Assembly: GCA_964552565.1 (NCBI GenBank)
Contig: CAZKGL010000001.1
Coordinates: forward strand, 307,061 to 371,060
DNA from: an uncultured Gammaproteobacteria bacterium
Lineage (GTDB): Bacteria > Patescibacteriota > Patescibacteriia > UBA9934
Direction: 5' to 3'
Length of the DNA stretch: 64,000 bases
The notes below the pieces were generated by a model. It made no database searches. It saw only the letters and a program-made list of their open reading frames with translations, and was not told the DNA's origin. Within the stretch, counting starts at the first letter, position 1; the number at the start of each line of letters is the position of its first letter. The position numbers were made by a program, and so were the translations under genes. This document shows, in pieces, positions 46,313-55,588 of this stretch.

Positions 46313-46792
46313 TTACAGGCGCGACTTTACGTGGTTGATGATGTTCGTGGCGCGGTCGATGAACAGGATGCCGTCGAGGTGGTCGATCTCGTGCTGGAAA
46401 ATAATGGCCAGCAGTCCGTTGGCTTTCAGCGCGAGTTCCTCGCCCTTGCGGTTCTTCGCCTTTACCTTGACGCTCGAGTGGCGCTTCACCGCGCCGGAAA
46501 TGCCCGGGACGGAGAGGCAGCCCTCGATGCTCGTCACCATGCGCACCGAACGCGAGGTGATCTCGGGATTGATAAACGCCTCCACGCCATGCGGCGTCTC
46601 GACGATGATGATGCGCTGGTGCGCGCCAACTTGCGGCGCCGCGATGCCGACGCCGTTTTCTTCCGCCATCGTCTCGATGAGGTTGTCGATGAGCGCCTGC
46701 GTCTTCGCATCCGAAAGCTGCGCGTCGGTTACGGGCTGGGACACGACGCGGAGTTCAGGATTCGGATTGTGGAGCACGGTGAGTGCGGACAT
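46313..46792 (-). CDS. def: Peptide deformylase
   Basis: GVGIAAPQVG, EGCLS, QHEIDHLDG. Confidence 0.97.
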   Translation of the reverse strand: MSALTVLHNPNPELRVVSQPVTDAQLSDAKTQALIDNLIETMAEENGVGIAAPQVGAHQRIIIVETPHGVEAFINPEITSRSVRMVTSIEGCLSVPGISGAVKRHSSVKVKAKNRKGEELALKANGLLAIIFQHEIDHLDGILFIDRATNIINHVKSRL

Positions 46793-48551
46793 AGGTCTGG
46801 TCGACGGAAATGACTGCGGTATCGGGAAGCGCGGCGAGTTGCGCGATGCTTGCGGAAAGCGTGTCGTAGGGGATGCGGCCGATGGCACCGAGGATCTCGG
46901 GTTCGGGGATGAACGGCGCGCCGACGACCGCGGCGACCGCTTCGGCATCGGCGTGGCGTACGGTGATGACCGCGCCGTAGGGCGGCAGGGCGTACCGTTC
47001 GCGGACCGCGCGTTCGTTCGTGAGGAACACGTCGGCATCCGTCATTGGGACGATGGCGTCGGGCATCCAGGTTTGGATGACGCAGGACGCGCCTTGCTGC
47101 CGGGCGAACTGCGACAGGCGGTGCAGCTTGCGCGCAGTCGTTTCCGCAGCGCGGAAATCGTCGGGGTTCATGGACAGGTCGATGCACGCGTCCGCGACAA
47201 GACCGAAGGCCTTTGGCGCAAACGGCGCGGCAACGTTCGCGAAGTAATACTCCGTCACGAGCAGGACATTCGCGTCCACGTCCGGCGGGCGACCCTTTTC
47301 GATGCGCGCGATCGTCGTTCCGGGCAGGAACTCGGCAAGCGATTTTTCGAGATGCGCGTTGCCGATGCCTTTTAGGCCAAGCCTGCCGTGCGTACACGAG
47401 GGGCAGGCGTCGGGGATCGGGAATGACGCCCGGCATCGGGGGCATTCGCACGCAGCGTCCGCAACCTTCGGGATACTGCCGCAGTCCCGGCAGGTCAAGA
47501 CGTGCCCGCAACTGCGGCACTGGACTCGCCTCGCCACCCCCTTGCGGTTGTAGAAAAGTAGCACCTTTTTTTGGCTTTGTAAAGCGGTTTTCATTTCCGC
47601 GAGCAGGCGCTCGGTGACGAGCTCGCTGCCGGTGGACTCTTCGGGACGCCGGAGGTCGACGACGACCGCCTGCGACGGCGCCAAAACGACGCTCCGGTCC
47701 GCGGCGCTGCGGTCTTCGGGGCGGGGGAGGCTGTCGCACAGGACAAGCGGGGCGCCGTGCTGCGCAGCTTGGGCTTCTGCGGCCAGGCGGGTGTCGAGGC
47801 GCGGGTTCCTGCGGTTCGAAAAGTGGTCGTCCGTCCCCGTCGTCATGACGAGCACGAGCCCGATGCGCTTTGCCGGCAAGAGGGAGGCTTGGAGCGTCCC
47901 GATGAGCGTGGTGACGGCGCCGCTGCGCCATGCATGGATGATGCGCTCGCGTTCCGCGGGCTTGGTGTGGCCGTGGAGCACCGCCGTGTGTCCGCCGAAC
48001 GCGATCGTCCTGCCGAGCAGGTCGGCGTCGCGTTCGCGCGGGACGACGATGAGGAGCTGTTCCCGCGTCCGCTTGCGCAGCACTTGGGCGAGGGCATAGG
48101 CGCCTTCGGGGGAGAGCTGGCACGAAAGCGTCATTGCGCCGTCGAGCGCGGCGACGGCGGCGCTGACGGCGTCGGCGACCTCGCGGGGCAGCGACAACGA
48201 TGCGGGCGACGCATGCGCGGCGCGCGGCAACGCGCGGTCGCCGTTTGGGGCGCCGAAGGCGTAGTGGAGGAGCGTCGACGGCGATTGGGCGATCGCCTGC
48301 GCGAGCGAGGTGGTCCGCGCGATGTCGCCGGCGCCGAGCGCCGCGGGGAACGCCACGTCCTGCACGTCCGAGAGGTCGCCGCGGACCTCGGTCACGTCGG
48401 AGAGCGCGGCGACGGCGCCGACGATCGTGCGGCCGTGGAAGGGGACGCGCACGAGGTCGCCCACCGCAACGCGGACGCCGTCGGGGACGCGATAATCAAA
48501 CACGCCGAACCTCCTCGGCAGACGCAAGAGTGGGAGGATGCGGGCGAACAT
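46755..48551 (-). CDS. priA: PriA-like primosomal protein with degenerate helicase motifs
   Basis: FDYRVP..G..VRVPF 3'-DNA-binding domain, FYNRKG plus four CxxC pairs, ERYALPPY; no Walker A or DExH. Confidence 0.85.
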   Translation of the reverse strand: MFARILPLLRLPRRFGVFDYRVPDGVRVAVGDLVRVPFHGRTIVGAVAALSDVTEVRGDLSDVQDVAFPAALGAGDIARTTSLAQAIAQSPSTLLHYAFGAPNGDRALPRAAHASPASLSLPREVADAVSAAVAALDGAMTLSCQLSPEGAYALAQVLRKRTREQLLIVVPRERDADLLGRTIAFGGHTAVLHGHTKPAERERIIHAWRSGAVTTLIGTLQASLLPAKRIGLVLVMTTGTDDHFSNRRNPRLDTRLAAEAQAAQHGAPLVLCDSLPRPEDRSAADRSVVLAPSQAVVVDLRRPEESTGSELVTERLLAEMKTALQSQKKVLLFYNRKGVARRVQCRSCGHVLTCRDCGSIPKVADAACECPRCRASFPIPDACPSCTHGRLGLKGIGNAHLEKSLAEFLPGTTIARIEKGRPPDVDANVLLVTEYYFANVAAPFAPKAFGLVADACIDLSMNPDDFRAAETTARKLHRLSQFARQQGASCVIQTWMPDAIVPMTDADVFLTNERAVRERYALPPYGAVITVRHADAEAVAAVVGAPFIPEPEILGAIGRIPYDTLSASIAQLAALPDTAVISVDQTYVRTHRAPQSES

Positions 48552-49342
48552 CAGTCCATCATGAAATGCACGACCGCATAGCCGACGCCGAACGGGTGCT
48601 CGTAGCTCATGATGCTCGGCGTCATGGCGGTGCCTTCGAGCACGCCAAGGAGGATGAGGAGCTTCTGGTACGCCGACTCCTGGGCATGGCGGCGCAACGA
48701 CTCATCCATGTGCATGAGCCCGACCGCATTATGATGCTCGAGCGCGGTGAGGAGCGTTTCGTCGTAGCGGATGCCGTCCTCGTGGAACCCGCCCGGCGCG
48801 AAATCGGTCAGCGTGTGGGCGAGGTCGCCTGCGGAGATGACGGCGATCCGCTTGCGGCTTTCCACCAGCGTCGGTTTCAAGGCCTGGCCGAACGCGAAGT
48901 GCGCCTTCGGGTCAAGGCCGGAAGGGCTGATGGGCACGATACGGATGTGCGGCAATTTTTCCGTGAGGAACTCGAGTGGGACCGCGGCGGAAAAATGGAG
49001 GCGGTCGTCGGTCGACAGCGACACGGGCTCGCCGGCCTGGCGCAATGCGCGCTGCAGGGCGTCGATGAGGGGAAAGTCGGGATGGTACGTCTTCTGGTAC
49101 CCGAGGTAGCCGACGTCGGAGAGGTCGCAGCGGTACGGATCGCTCACCGAAATCGAGAAGGCGTCATCGTACTGCGTCGGGTGGTCGGAGAGGAGGAGGA
49201 TGGTGTCCGGCTTTGCCGCGTACAGCTCGCCGGCGAGCTCCTCGAGCGCGTCGCGGGTCTTGGCGACTGCGCCAATGCGGTCGCCCGCAACGGGCGGCAG
49301 GAGGAGCGGCGAGTTTGGGACGTGTGCGGCAAAGACGATCAT
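48551..49342 (-). CDS. MEMO1/LigB-like (class III extradiol dioxygenase fold) protein
   Basis: HVPNSPLL, LSDH, SAGDLAH, YEHPFGVGY. Confidence 0.8.
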   Translation of the reverse strand: MIVFAAHVPNSPLLLPPVAGDRIGAVAKTRDALEELAGELYAAKPDTILLLSDHPTQYDDAFSISVSDPYRCDLSDVGYLGYQKTYHPDFPLIDALQRALRQAGEPVSLSTDDRLHFSAAVPLEFLTEKLPHIRIVPISPSGLDPKAHFAFGQALKPTLVESRKRIAVISAGDLAHTLTDFAPGGFHEDGIRYDETLLTALEHHNAVGLMHMDESLRRHAQESAYQKLLILLGVLEGTAMTPSIMSYEHPFGVGYAVVHFMMD

Positions 49343-49351
49343 ATGGCGCGG

Positions 49352-50707
49352 TTATTCGGCGATGTCTGCACCGAGCGGGTGGAGCGCGAGCGTCCCGTCG
49401 TCGATGGTGACGATATCATCCCACGACCAGCCGTACGCAAGGAAGACCTGTTCGGACGCGATCGCGCGGCGCATGCCGTCGGTAATGACGTACACGACCG
49501 GCGTCGACCCCTTCACGAGGTAGCCGTCGGGCAGGAGGAGCGCGTCGCCCTCGCGGAATTGTTCGATGACGACCGGCGCGACGCTCGTCGGCGTCTGTCC
49601 GGGGAACCGCGCGTCTGCGATCGCCGGGTCGGTGATGACGTGGCGCGTGCCGTCCTGAATGAAGTATCGCGTCCCGTTCGTGCTCAACTGGTACAGGGTG
49701 CCGGTCGGAGCGACGGTCGCCGTCGTGATGGGTTCGCCCTCGCCATACGTCTCACGGTCTTCGTTCGTGATATCCACGATCTCGTCCTCGCTGAACCCGA
49801 CGGCGCGGAACGCCTCCATGCTTTCGATGTGCCGCAGGCTGTCGTCGACCAAGAGGAAGATGCTGCCGTCCTCGTCGCGCAGGAGGCTGTAGTTGGGGAA
49901 ACTGATCGGGGCACCGTCCGCGTAGTTGTCGAGCGTCGTCTTGCTGACCGGGATGATGAGATCCTCGTTAAAGCGCGAGAGGAGCGCGCTGCGGCTCGTG
50001 ATGGGGCGGCGGTAGCCATACTCGATGAGGTAGACGCCGGGCTCGCCGACGGCCTGGAGGAGCGACCCGGTCGGGTATTCGGCGCCAAACCAGCGGTCCC
50101 AGATGGCCGCGAAGTTTTCGTTGCCGTGGAGGTGGGGCGTGTACGCGTAGAGCGCGGCGGTCGCGGCGTTTTCCGGCACGACGGTCGTGCCGTCGATCGT
50201 CACCGGGATGTCCGGGCCGTACTTGCCCTGCGTAATGCCGTCACTTTCAATATCTGCAAGATAGCCTTCGCTGAACTGCATCGCCGCGGAATTCACTTGC
50301 TTGCCAAAGCCCTTCCAGCGTTGGATGGCCGGGTCGTCCATGCTGCAGTCGTCGCACACGGCGTAACCCGCTGCCCAGTCGAGCTGCTTCTGCGTGGGCT
50401 CGTCGTCCTCGACGAGACTCTGCTCTTTTTGCAGCAGCACGAGGAGGAAGCGGGGGCTGACGCCATGCATTTGCGCGGCGCGCCAGATAATGTCCGCCGC
50501 ATACCGCGTGACGCCGGCATAGTCCTCGGTTTTGTAGTCGCCGAGGTATCCGCGCTCGAGGTAGGCCTGGATTTGGTTTCGGTCGAGCGAAAAAGGGTTG
50601 GTGAGTTCGTCGTCGGAGATGATGTAGTCGGGGTTGAACGCAAGCGCCGGAGCAATCGGCGCGAACGTAACACCAAAAATCGCAAGCGTAGCAAATAGAC
50701 GCTTCAT
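49352..50707 (-). CDS. Secreted protein with putative lysozyme-like N-domain and C-terminal beta repeats
   Basis: Signal peptide; IIWRAAQMHGVSPRFLLVLLQKEQSL, NAATAALYAYTPH; repeats of the G.L......VY.I..G.RR.I type. Confidence 0.7.
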   Translation of the reverse strand: MKRLFATLAIFGVTFAPIAPALAFNPDYIISDDELTNPFSLDRNQIQAYLERGYLGDYKTEDYAGVTRYAADIIWRAAQMHGVSPRFLLVLLQKEQSLVEDDEPTQKQLDWAAGYAVCDDCSMDDPAIQRWKGFGKQVNSAAMQFSEGYLADIESDGITQGKYGPDIPVTIDGTTVVPENAATAALYAYTPHLHGNENFAAIWDRWFGAEYPTGSLLQAVGEPGVYLIEYGYRRPITSRSALLSRFNEDLIIPVSKTTLDNYADGAPISFPNYSLLRDEDGSIFLLVDDSLRHIESMEAFRAVGFSEDEIVDITNEDRETYGEGEPITTATVAPTGTLYQLSTNGTRYFIQDGTRHVITDPAIADARFPGQTPTSVAPVVIEQFREGDALLLPDGYLVKGSTPVVYVITDGMRRAIASEQVFLAYGWSWDDIVTIDDGTLALHPLGADIAE

Positions 50708-50721
50708 AGATTTCCATTATA

Positions 50722-50818
50722 GCAAAAATCGGGTCCTGCCACCTTCGCACCCTGTTGAGTGCTCGACTGGCGTCTGCGCGCTCAACAGGGGACCTGCTCG
50801 GTGTCACCCGGTTTTTGC
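50722..50818 (+). repeat. Structured dispersed repeat, copy 4 (variant with compensatory changes)
   Basis: TTGAG/CTCAA instead of TTGGG/CCCAA; CACC/GGTG instead of CGCC/GGCG. Confidence 0.92.
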
Positions 50819-50850
50819 CTACCTATAGGCGGGGTCCCCGCACCCCGCCG

Positions 50851-51537
50851 TTACTTCACCTCCGGCAAAAACGGGATGCGCGCGAGGACGAACTTGGTAA
50901 TGGGGAAGAAGCGGAGTTGCTCGAGGAGGGGGTTGAGCCAGCCGGTCGTGATGCAGTAATGCGAATCGTGCGGGGCGGTGTGGTGGAGTCGGTGGCGTGC
51001 CGGGGTGAGGATCAGGCCGCGCGCTTGGAGCCATCGTGCGACTGCGTTCGGGTTGTCCTGGTGCGCCCACTTGTGGATTTGGTTTGTGAAGAAGATGCTG
51101 ATGACGAGGAAGAACAGCGAGGCAAACGCGAAGGCGATCCACGGGTTCGCAAGCCATGCGGCGGGCACGGCGTGGTACAGAACAAGCATGACCGGCAGCG
51201 ACACGAGGCAATTGTTGCCGTTCGTATAGTAGAAGTCGTGGCGCGTGATCGCCTTCTGGTCGGTGTGGTGTTCGCGGAATGCGTAGATGAACGCCTTGCC
51301 GACGACCGGCGTGTGCTCGTCACCGACCGTGTCGCCGAGGAAGTGCACGAAGCCGGACGCAAAGTCGGCGAGCAGGTAGCCGACTACAGGGGAGAACGCG
51401 AGCAGGACGACGTCGAGCACCGCATCTGCGGTAACGAAGAACCCGACGACCTTCACGAACAGCAAAACGGCGTACACGAGGTACGCCCACGTGCTCGCAA
51501 TGTGGAGCCAGCGGAAGTCCTTTGGCTGGTCATGCAT
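50851..51537 (-). CDS. CarF/TMEM189 (PEDS1, Kua-type) lipid desaturase family protein
   Basis: DFASGFVHFLGD, FREHH, TNQIHKWAH, HRLHH, YCITTGWLN. Confidence 0.88.
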   Translation of the reverse strand: MHDQPKDFRWLHIASTWAYLVYAVLLFVKVVGFFVTADAVLDVVLLAFSPVVGYLLADFASGFVHFLGDTVGDEHTPVVGKAFIYAFREHHTDQKAITRHDFYYTNGNNCLVSLPVMLVLYHAVPAAWLANPWIAFAFASLFFLVISIFFTNQIHKWAHQDNPNAVARWLQARGLILTPARHRLHHTAPHDSHYCITTGWLNPLLEQLRFFPITKFVLARIPFLPEVK

Positions 51538-51612
51538 ACGTTGCCGCCCACGATGCCGGATTTTTTGGCTTTTGTCAACGCAAAAGCAGGCCGTGGGGCC
51601 TGCTCTGCGCAC

Positions 51613-54255
51613 CTACTTTACCTTGATCTCGACCTCGTCCTTCTTCGCGTCGATCGTGACGATCGCTTCCTCTGGCACGTCGCCCTTGATGATCTTCATC
51701 GCAAGCGGGTCGAGGATGAGCGACTGGATGACGCGCTTGAGCGGCCGGGCGCCGTATTGCTGGTCGTACCCGCGGTCGCCGAGCAGTTTCTTCGCCTTCT
51801 CGGTAACGCGCAGCGTGATCTTCCGTTCTTCGGCAAGCCGCTTGCCGACGATGGCGAGCTGGAGGTCGACGATGCCGCCGATCTGCTCCGGCGTCAGCGC
51901 ATGGAAGACGATAACCTCGTCGATGCGGTTCAAGAACTCCGGGCGGAAGTGGTCGCCGAGCATGTCGAGCACCTTGTTGCGCAGCGTGTCTTCCTCGCGG
52001 CGCTCTTCGCCTTGGAATCCGAGGTCCACCACGCGACGGTCGGAGAGGATGATCTCCGAACCGATGTTCGACGTCATGATGATGATGGTGTTCTTGAAGT
52101 TGACGACGCGGCCCTTCGCGTCCGTCAGGCGGCCGTCGTCGAGGATCTGCAAGAGGATGTTGAAGACGTCGGGGTGTGCTTTCTCGATCTCATCGAACAG
52201 GACGACGGAGTACGGGTGGCGGCGGATCTTTTCCGTGAGCTGCCCAGCCTCATCGTAGCCGACGTAGCCCGGCGGCGAGCCGACCATCTTGCTCACGCTG
52301 TGGCGCTCCATGTACTCGCTCATGTCGAGGCGGACGAGCGACTTTTCGTCGTTGAACATGAACTCCGCCAGCGCCTTCGCGAGTTCGGTCTTGCCGACGC
52401 CGGTCGGGCCCATGAAGATGAACGAACCGATCGGGCGTTTCTCTTCGGCGATGCCGGCGCGCGAGCGGCGGAGCGCGTTACTCACCGCGCGGATCGCCTC
52501 CCCCTGGCCGACGACGCGCTTGCTGAGCTCGTCCTCCATGCGGGCGAGCTTGTCCATCTCGCTTTCGAGCATCTTCGACACCGGGATGTGCGTCCAGCGC
52601 GCGACGACCGCGGCGATGTCTTCTTCGCTGATGACTTCTTTCAAGAGCCCGCGCTCGCTCTGGAGGACTTTCAGCTCCGCCTCGGCCTTCCCGAGCTCTT
52701 CGCGCTTGTCCGGGATCTGCCCGTAGCGGATCTCTGCGACGCGCTCCAAGTTGCCGCGGCGCTCTTCAAACTCCGCCTCGCTTACCAGCTTGTCCATCTC
52801 GTTCTTGAGCGCACGGATGCCCTCGATGAGCCGCTTCTCGGAATTCCACGCGATCTCGAGCGCGCTCGACCGTTCCTTGATGTCGGCGATCTGCTTCTCG
52901 ATCTCCTTCAGCCGCGCCTTCGATTCCTTATCTTCCTCCTTGAGGAGCGCCTGGCGCTCGATCTGCAGACGCATCTCGTCGCGCTTCATGCGGTCGAGGT
53001 CTTCCGGCATCGAGTCGATCTGGAGGCGCAACGCCGACGCGGCTTCGTCGACGAGGTCGACGGCCTTGTCCGGCAACTGGCGGTCCGTGATGTAGCGCGC
53101 GGAAAGTTCCGCGGCCGCGATAATCGCGCTGTCGCTGATGCGCACGCCGTGGTGGATTTCGTAGCGCTCCTTGATGCCGCGGAGGATGGCGATGGTGTCT
53201 TCGACCGACGGTTCGTCGACCATGATCGGCTGGAAACGGCGTTCAAGCGCCTGGTCCTTCTCGATGTACTTCTGGTATTCCTTGGTCGTCGTCGCGCCGA
53301 CCACGCGCAGCTCGCCGCGGGCGAGGGCGGGCTTCAGGAGGTTCGACGCATCCATCGGCGCCTCGTCGCCTTTGCCCGCGCCGACAAGCATGTGCAGCTC
53401 GTCGATAAACAAGATCATCTTGCCGGCAGACTCGTGGATTTCGCGGATGACCGCTTTCAGGCGTTCTTCAAATTCGCCGCGGAACTTCGTCCCCGCGATG
53501 AGCGAGCCAAGGTCGAGCGAGACGACCTCCTTATTTTTGAGCGACTCGGGGACGTCGCCGGCGACAATGCGCTGGGCGAGGCCCTCGACGATCGCGGTCT
53601 TGCCGACGCCGGCCTCGCCGATGAGGACCGGGTTGTTCTTCGTGCGGCGCGACAAGACCTGCATGACGCGGCGGATCTCGCCGTCGCGGCCGATGACCGG
53701 ATCGAGTTTGCCGCGGCGCGCCATCTCGGTGAGGTTGATGCTGTACTTCTCGACGGCCTGATACTTCGCTTCCGGCTCCGCGCTGTCGACCCTCTGGTTG
53801 CCGCGGACTTCCTTGAGCGCCGCAAGCACGGCGTCTTCGTCGACGGCGTGGTTCCGCAGCATCTGCCCGGTCATCTTTTCTTCGAGGAGCGCGAGGAAGA
53901 GGTGTTCGGTTGAAATGAACTCGTCGCCGAACTGTTTTGCGCGCTTGACCGCACTCTGCAGGACGTGCGCGAGCGGCGGCGTCAAAAAGATCTGCCCCGG
54001 GGAAGGGGCTTCGACCGACGCGTGGCGCGGGATGGTGTCGAGCACGCGCATGATGTCGTTCTGGAGCGCGGTGAGCGGGACGCCGAGCTTGAGCAACAGC
54101 GTGATGACGATGCCGTCGTCCTGGGCGAGCAGGGCGGCGAGCAGATGGATGGGTTCGATGCCGTGCTGGCCGTTGTCCGCGGCGATCATCTGCGCCGCCT
54201 GCATGGCCTCGTTGGACTTGCTTGTAAAATTATTTGGCATCATACGGTCAATCAA
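51613..54255 (-). CDS. clpB: Chaperone ClpB
   Basis: Two AAA+ modules ([16 protein letters not shown]), coiled-coil middle domain, GARPLKR. Confidence 0.97.
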   Translation of the reverse strand: MIDRMMPNNFTSKSNEAMQAAQMIAADNGQHGIEPIHLLAALLAQDDGIVITLLLKLGVPLTALQNDIMRVLDTIPRHASVEAPSPGQIFLTPPLAHVLQSAVKRAKQFGDEFISTEHLFLALLEEKMTGQMLRNHAVDEDAVLAALKEVRGNQRVDSAEPEAKYQAVEKYSINLTEMARRGKLDPVIGRDGEIRRVMQVLSRRTKNNPVLIGEAGVGKTAIVEGLAQRIVAGDVPESLKNKEVVSLDLGSLIAGTKFRGEFEERLKAVIREIHESAGKMILFIDELHMLVGAGKGDEAPMDASNLLKPALARGELRVVGATTTKEYQKYIEKDQALERRFQPIMVDEPSVEDTIAILRGIKERYEIHHGVRISDSAIIAAAELSARYITDRQLPDKAVDLVDEAASALRLQIDSMPEDLDRMKRDEMRLQIERQALLKEEDKESKARLKEIEKQIADIKERSSALEIAWNSEKRLIEGIRALKNEMDKLVSEAEFEERRGNLERVAEIRYGQIPDKREELGKAEAELKVLQSERGLLKEVISEEDIAAVVARWTHIPVSKMLESEMDKLARMEDELSKRVVGQGEAIRAVSNALRRSRAGIAEEKRPIGSFIFMGPTGVGKTELAKALAEFMFNDEKSLVRLDMSEYMERHSVSKMVGSPPGYVGYDEAGQLTEKIRRHPYSVVLFDEIEKAHPDVFNILLQILDDGRLTDAKGRVVNFKNTIIIMTSNIGSEIILSDRRVVDLGFQGEERREEDTLRNKVLDMLGDHFRPEFLNRIDEVIVFHALTPEQIGGIVDLQLAIVGKRLAEERKITLRVTEKAKKLLGDRGYDQQYGARPLKRVIQSLILDPLAMKIIKGDVPEEAIVTIDAKKDEVEIKVK

Positions 54256-54297
54256 TCTTGATATGGCCAGCCTGGGGGAGAAACAGCAAGCACTGGC

Positions 54298-54324
54298 TTA
54301 GCACTCTCAAGTATAGAGTGCTAA
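54298..54324. promoter_or_regulatory. CIRCE (HrcA operator) upstream of clpB
   Basis: TTAGCACTC-TCAAGTATA-GAGTGCTAA, perfect consensus with N9. Confidence 0.95.
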
Positions 54325-54379
54325 GGAATAGTGCGTCAAGCATTGCCCTACGGCGGTTTCTTTGCTAATCTTTGGCGGT

Positions 54380-54787
54380 ATGACGACCTATCGACAGGCC
54401 GTGACCGTGATCGCATGGGTGCTGTTTTTTCATGTGCTCGGCGTCATTGCGCTCTACTCGTGGTACCCGCACTACGACATCCCGATGCATTACGCTGGCG
54501 GGGTGGCGATGGGCGTGCTCGGGTTCGCCCTGTGGGACCACGCGGTGCGCAGCGTGAGCTTCAGCGTCAAGAAGCCTTGGCTCAAGGACGCGTTCACGAC
54601 GGTGTGCATCCTCGGGTTTGTAGCGCTCATCGGGATCGGCTGGGAGTGGTTCGAGTTCGCGTTCGACATGGCGGTTGCGGACCGTTTCGATTTCGGCCTC
54701 GCGCAACTCGGGCTTGCGGACACGATGGGCGACTTTTTCTTTGACCTCGCGGGCGGCCTTTCGGCCGTCTTGTGGCGGAAGGTATGA
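54380..54787 (+). CDS. Membrane protein (DUF2238/VanZ-like)
   Basis: YDIPMHYAGG, IGWEWFEF, DTMGD. Confidence 0.7.
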   Translation: MTTYRQAVTVIAWVLFFHVLGVIALYSWYPHYDIPMHYAGGVAMGVLGFALWDHAVRSVSFSVKKPWLKDAFTTVCILGFVALIGIGWEWFEFAFDMAVADRFDFGLAQLGLADTMGDFFFDLAGGLSAVLWRKV

Positions 54788-55587
54788 CGAGCGTGACGCT
54801 CCTCGGCGTGCGGGTCGACGACATCGGCCGCGACGAAGCGCGGAGCGTGTTTGCGTGTTGGCTCGCGGAGGACGGGCGGCACGTCGTGAGCACGCCCAAC
54901 CCGGAGTTCGTGCTGCTTGCGCAACGCGACGAGGCGTTCCGTGCGCGGCTGAACGCGAGCGACCTCGCGCTTCCCGACGGGGTGGGGCTGCGCTTTGCGA
55001 GCGCGGCGCTGACCGACCATGTCATCCGCAACCGCGTTCCCGGCGTTGACGCGCTCGCCATGCTTGCCGAGCTCTGCGCGGCGCGCGGCCTTCGGATGCT
55101 CCTTGTCGGGTCGCAGCCATCGCTCGTCCAGGCGGCGAACGTCCTCCGGTCGCGCTTTCCCGGCATCGACATCGTTTGTGTCGACCCGGGCCACGTGGAC
55201 AGGGAAGGGGAGCTGGGTGATGACGCACTTCGCCGCATCCGTGAGGCCGAGGCCGCAGTCATCGCGGTCGGGCTGGGGCAGGGGAAACAGGAGGCGTGCA
55301 TCGCCCGGTATGTCCACGAATGGCCGGGCGTTCGGGTCGCGATCGGCGTCGGCGGCGCATTTGCGATGATTGGCGGCGTCCTGCCGCGCGCGCCGCGCGT
55401 CATGCGGGCCATGGGCCTGGAATGGGTTTGGCGCGTGGTGCGCGAACCGAAGCGCCTGCGCCGTATCCTCGCCGCGTTTCCGGGCTTTCCTGCGGTCGTG
55501 GTATGGACTACACTGCGTCAACGAAGGTTTGTGCGCGCCTGCCGCCGCGCGATCCCCGAAATATTCCGCCAACTCCTTGGACGATAA
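54784..55587 (+). CDS. WecB/TagA/CpsF family glycosyltransferase
   Basis: TPNPE, PDGVG, RVPGVD, KQE, GVGGAF, RAP..GLEWVWR..EPKR. Confidence 0.93.
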   Translation: MTSVTLLGVRVDDIGRDEARSVFACWLAEDGRHVVSTPNPEFVLLAQRDEAFRARLNASDLALPDGVGLRFASAALTDHVIRNRVPGVDALAMLAELCAARGLRMLLVGSQPSLVQAANVLRSRFPGIDIVCVDPGHVDREGELGDDALRRIREAEAAVIAVGLGQGKQEACIARYVHEWPGVRVAIGVGGAFAMIGGVLPRAPRVMRAMGLEWVWRVVREPKRLRRILAAFPGFPAVVVWTTLRQRRFVRACRRAIPEIFRQLLGR

Positions 55588-55588
55588 T

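Noticed and set aside
50755-53913. 1052-aa plus-strand ORF and other long antisense ORFs (e.g. 29977-32883, 48200-50698, 55508-57943)
   Set aside because: Shadow frames of real genes on the opposite strand, expected in high-GC DNA; no recognisable motifs.
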